64,000 bases of DNA, taken from positions 22,427,015 to 22,491,014 of the forward strand of contig NC_081388.1 in the NCBI RefSeq assembly GCF_030684315.1, read 5' to 3'. Each line of letters opens with the position of its first letter. Positions within the stretch are counted from its first letter, which is position 1. The position numbers were made by a program, and so were the translations under genes. Positions 62,791 to 64,000 of this stretch are shown one piece after another. The notes beneath the pieces were generated by a model that saw only the letters and a list, made by a program, of their open reading frames with translations, was not told the DNA's origin and did no database searches. This DNA is from Stegostoma tigrinum (taxonomy: Eukaryota).

Positions 62791-64000
62791 GAGACTGTGT
62801 TTTTACACGCGGGCCTGGGGGCACGGGGACTGTGTTTTTACACGGGACATGGGGACTGTTTTTACACGTTGGCCCGGGGACACGGGGACTGTGTTTTTAC
62901 ACATGGGCACGGGGACTATGTTTTTACACGGGACACGGGGACTGTGTTTTTACACGGGACACGGGGACTGTGTTTTTACACATGGGCACGGGGACTATGT
63001 TTTTACACGGGACACGGGGACTGCGTTTTTACACGCGGGCCCAGGGGCACGGGGACTGTGTTTTTACACGTGGGCCTGGGGGCACGGGGACTGTGTTTTT
63101 ACACGGGGCACGGGGACTGTGTTTTTACACGGGGCACGGGGACTGTGTTTTTACACGGGACACGGGGACTGTGTTTTTACACGCGGGCCCGGGGACACGG
63201 GGACTGTGTTTTTACACGTTGGCCCGGGGACACGGGGACTGTGTTTTTACACGTGGACATGGGGGCTGTGTTTTTACACGCGGGCCTGGGGACATGGGGA
63301 CTGTGTTTTTACACGCGGGTCCGGGGACACGGGGACAGTGTTTTTACACGCGGACACGGGGACTGTTTTTACACGCGGGCATAGGGACACAGCAACTGTG
63401 TTTTTACACGCGGGCCGGGGACATGGGGACTGTGTTTTTACACGCGGACACGGGGTCTGTTTTTACACGCGGGCCCGGGGACTGTGTTTTTACACGCGGG
63501 CCCGGGGACACGGGGACTGTGTTTTTACATGCGGACTGTTTTTACACGTGGGCGCGGGGACACGGGGACACAGCAACTGTGTTTTTACACGCGGGCCGGA
63601 GACACAGGGACTGTGTTTTTACATGAGGACACTGGGACTGTTTTTACACGTGGGCCTGGGGACACAGCAACTGTGTTTTTACACACGGGCCCGGGGGCAC
63701 GGGGACTGTGTTTTTACATGCGGGCCGGGGACACGGGGACTGTGTTTTTACACGCGGGCCCGGGGACCCGGGGACTGTGTTTTTACACGCGGGCCTGGGG
63801 ACACAGGGACTGTGTTTTTACACGTGGGCCCGGGGACACGGGGACTGTGTTTTTACACGTGGACATGGGGACTGTGTTTTTACATGCGGGCCCGGGGACA
63901 CGGGGACTGTGTTTTTACACGTGGGCCTGGGGACACGGGGGCTGTGTTTTTACACGCAGGCACGGGGAATGTGTTTTTACACGCGGACACAGGGACTGTT
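62791..64000 (+). repeat. G-rich minisatellite with variable units of about 24-35 bp, running off the window
   Basis: Core GGGGACTGTGTTTTTACACG with a variable linker (CGGGCCCGGGGACAC or GGACAC). Confidence 0.95.

Noticed and set aside
62509-63626. Long ORFs of 291 aa and 264 aa
   Set aside because: They are translations of the stop-free minisatellite and are open in several frames.
62791-64000. CRISPR-like array (repeated hairpin-containing unit)
   Set aside because: The linkers are variants of one sequence rather than unique spacers, the context is vertebrate, and there are no cas genes.

Overview
Vertebrate genomic DNA, probably from a shark or other elasmobranch (inferred from HE1-like and Deu-domain SINEs and CR1/Penelope repeats), with three N-gaps. 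Almost the whole window is one intact minus-strand RALGPS-family gene (Ral GEF, CDC25 plus PH domain). I reconstructed it by hand as 18 GT-AG exons in compatible phase (58591 down to the stop at 889, about 531 aa), plus a tentative start exon and a tentative 10-nt microexon. A complete plus-strand angiopoietin-like gene (5 coding exons, 496 aa) lies antisense in its 24.7-kb intron (22511-47200), and its sequence and exon layout point to ANGPTL6. In human the nested pairs are ANGPTL2/RALGPS1 and ANGPTL1/RALGPS2, so this looks like a third, divergent RALGPS ohnolog that still hosts ANGPTL6 and has lost the PxxP SH3-binding motif. The introns hold Penelope-like elements and short derivatives with minimal hammerhead-ribozyme cores, CR1 and Rex/Babar LINE fragments, SINEs and a perfect 145-bp inverted duplication. 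A G-rich minisatellite fills the right end. Comparisons with human proteins are from memory and were not run against a database.
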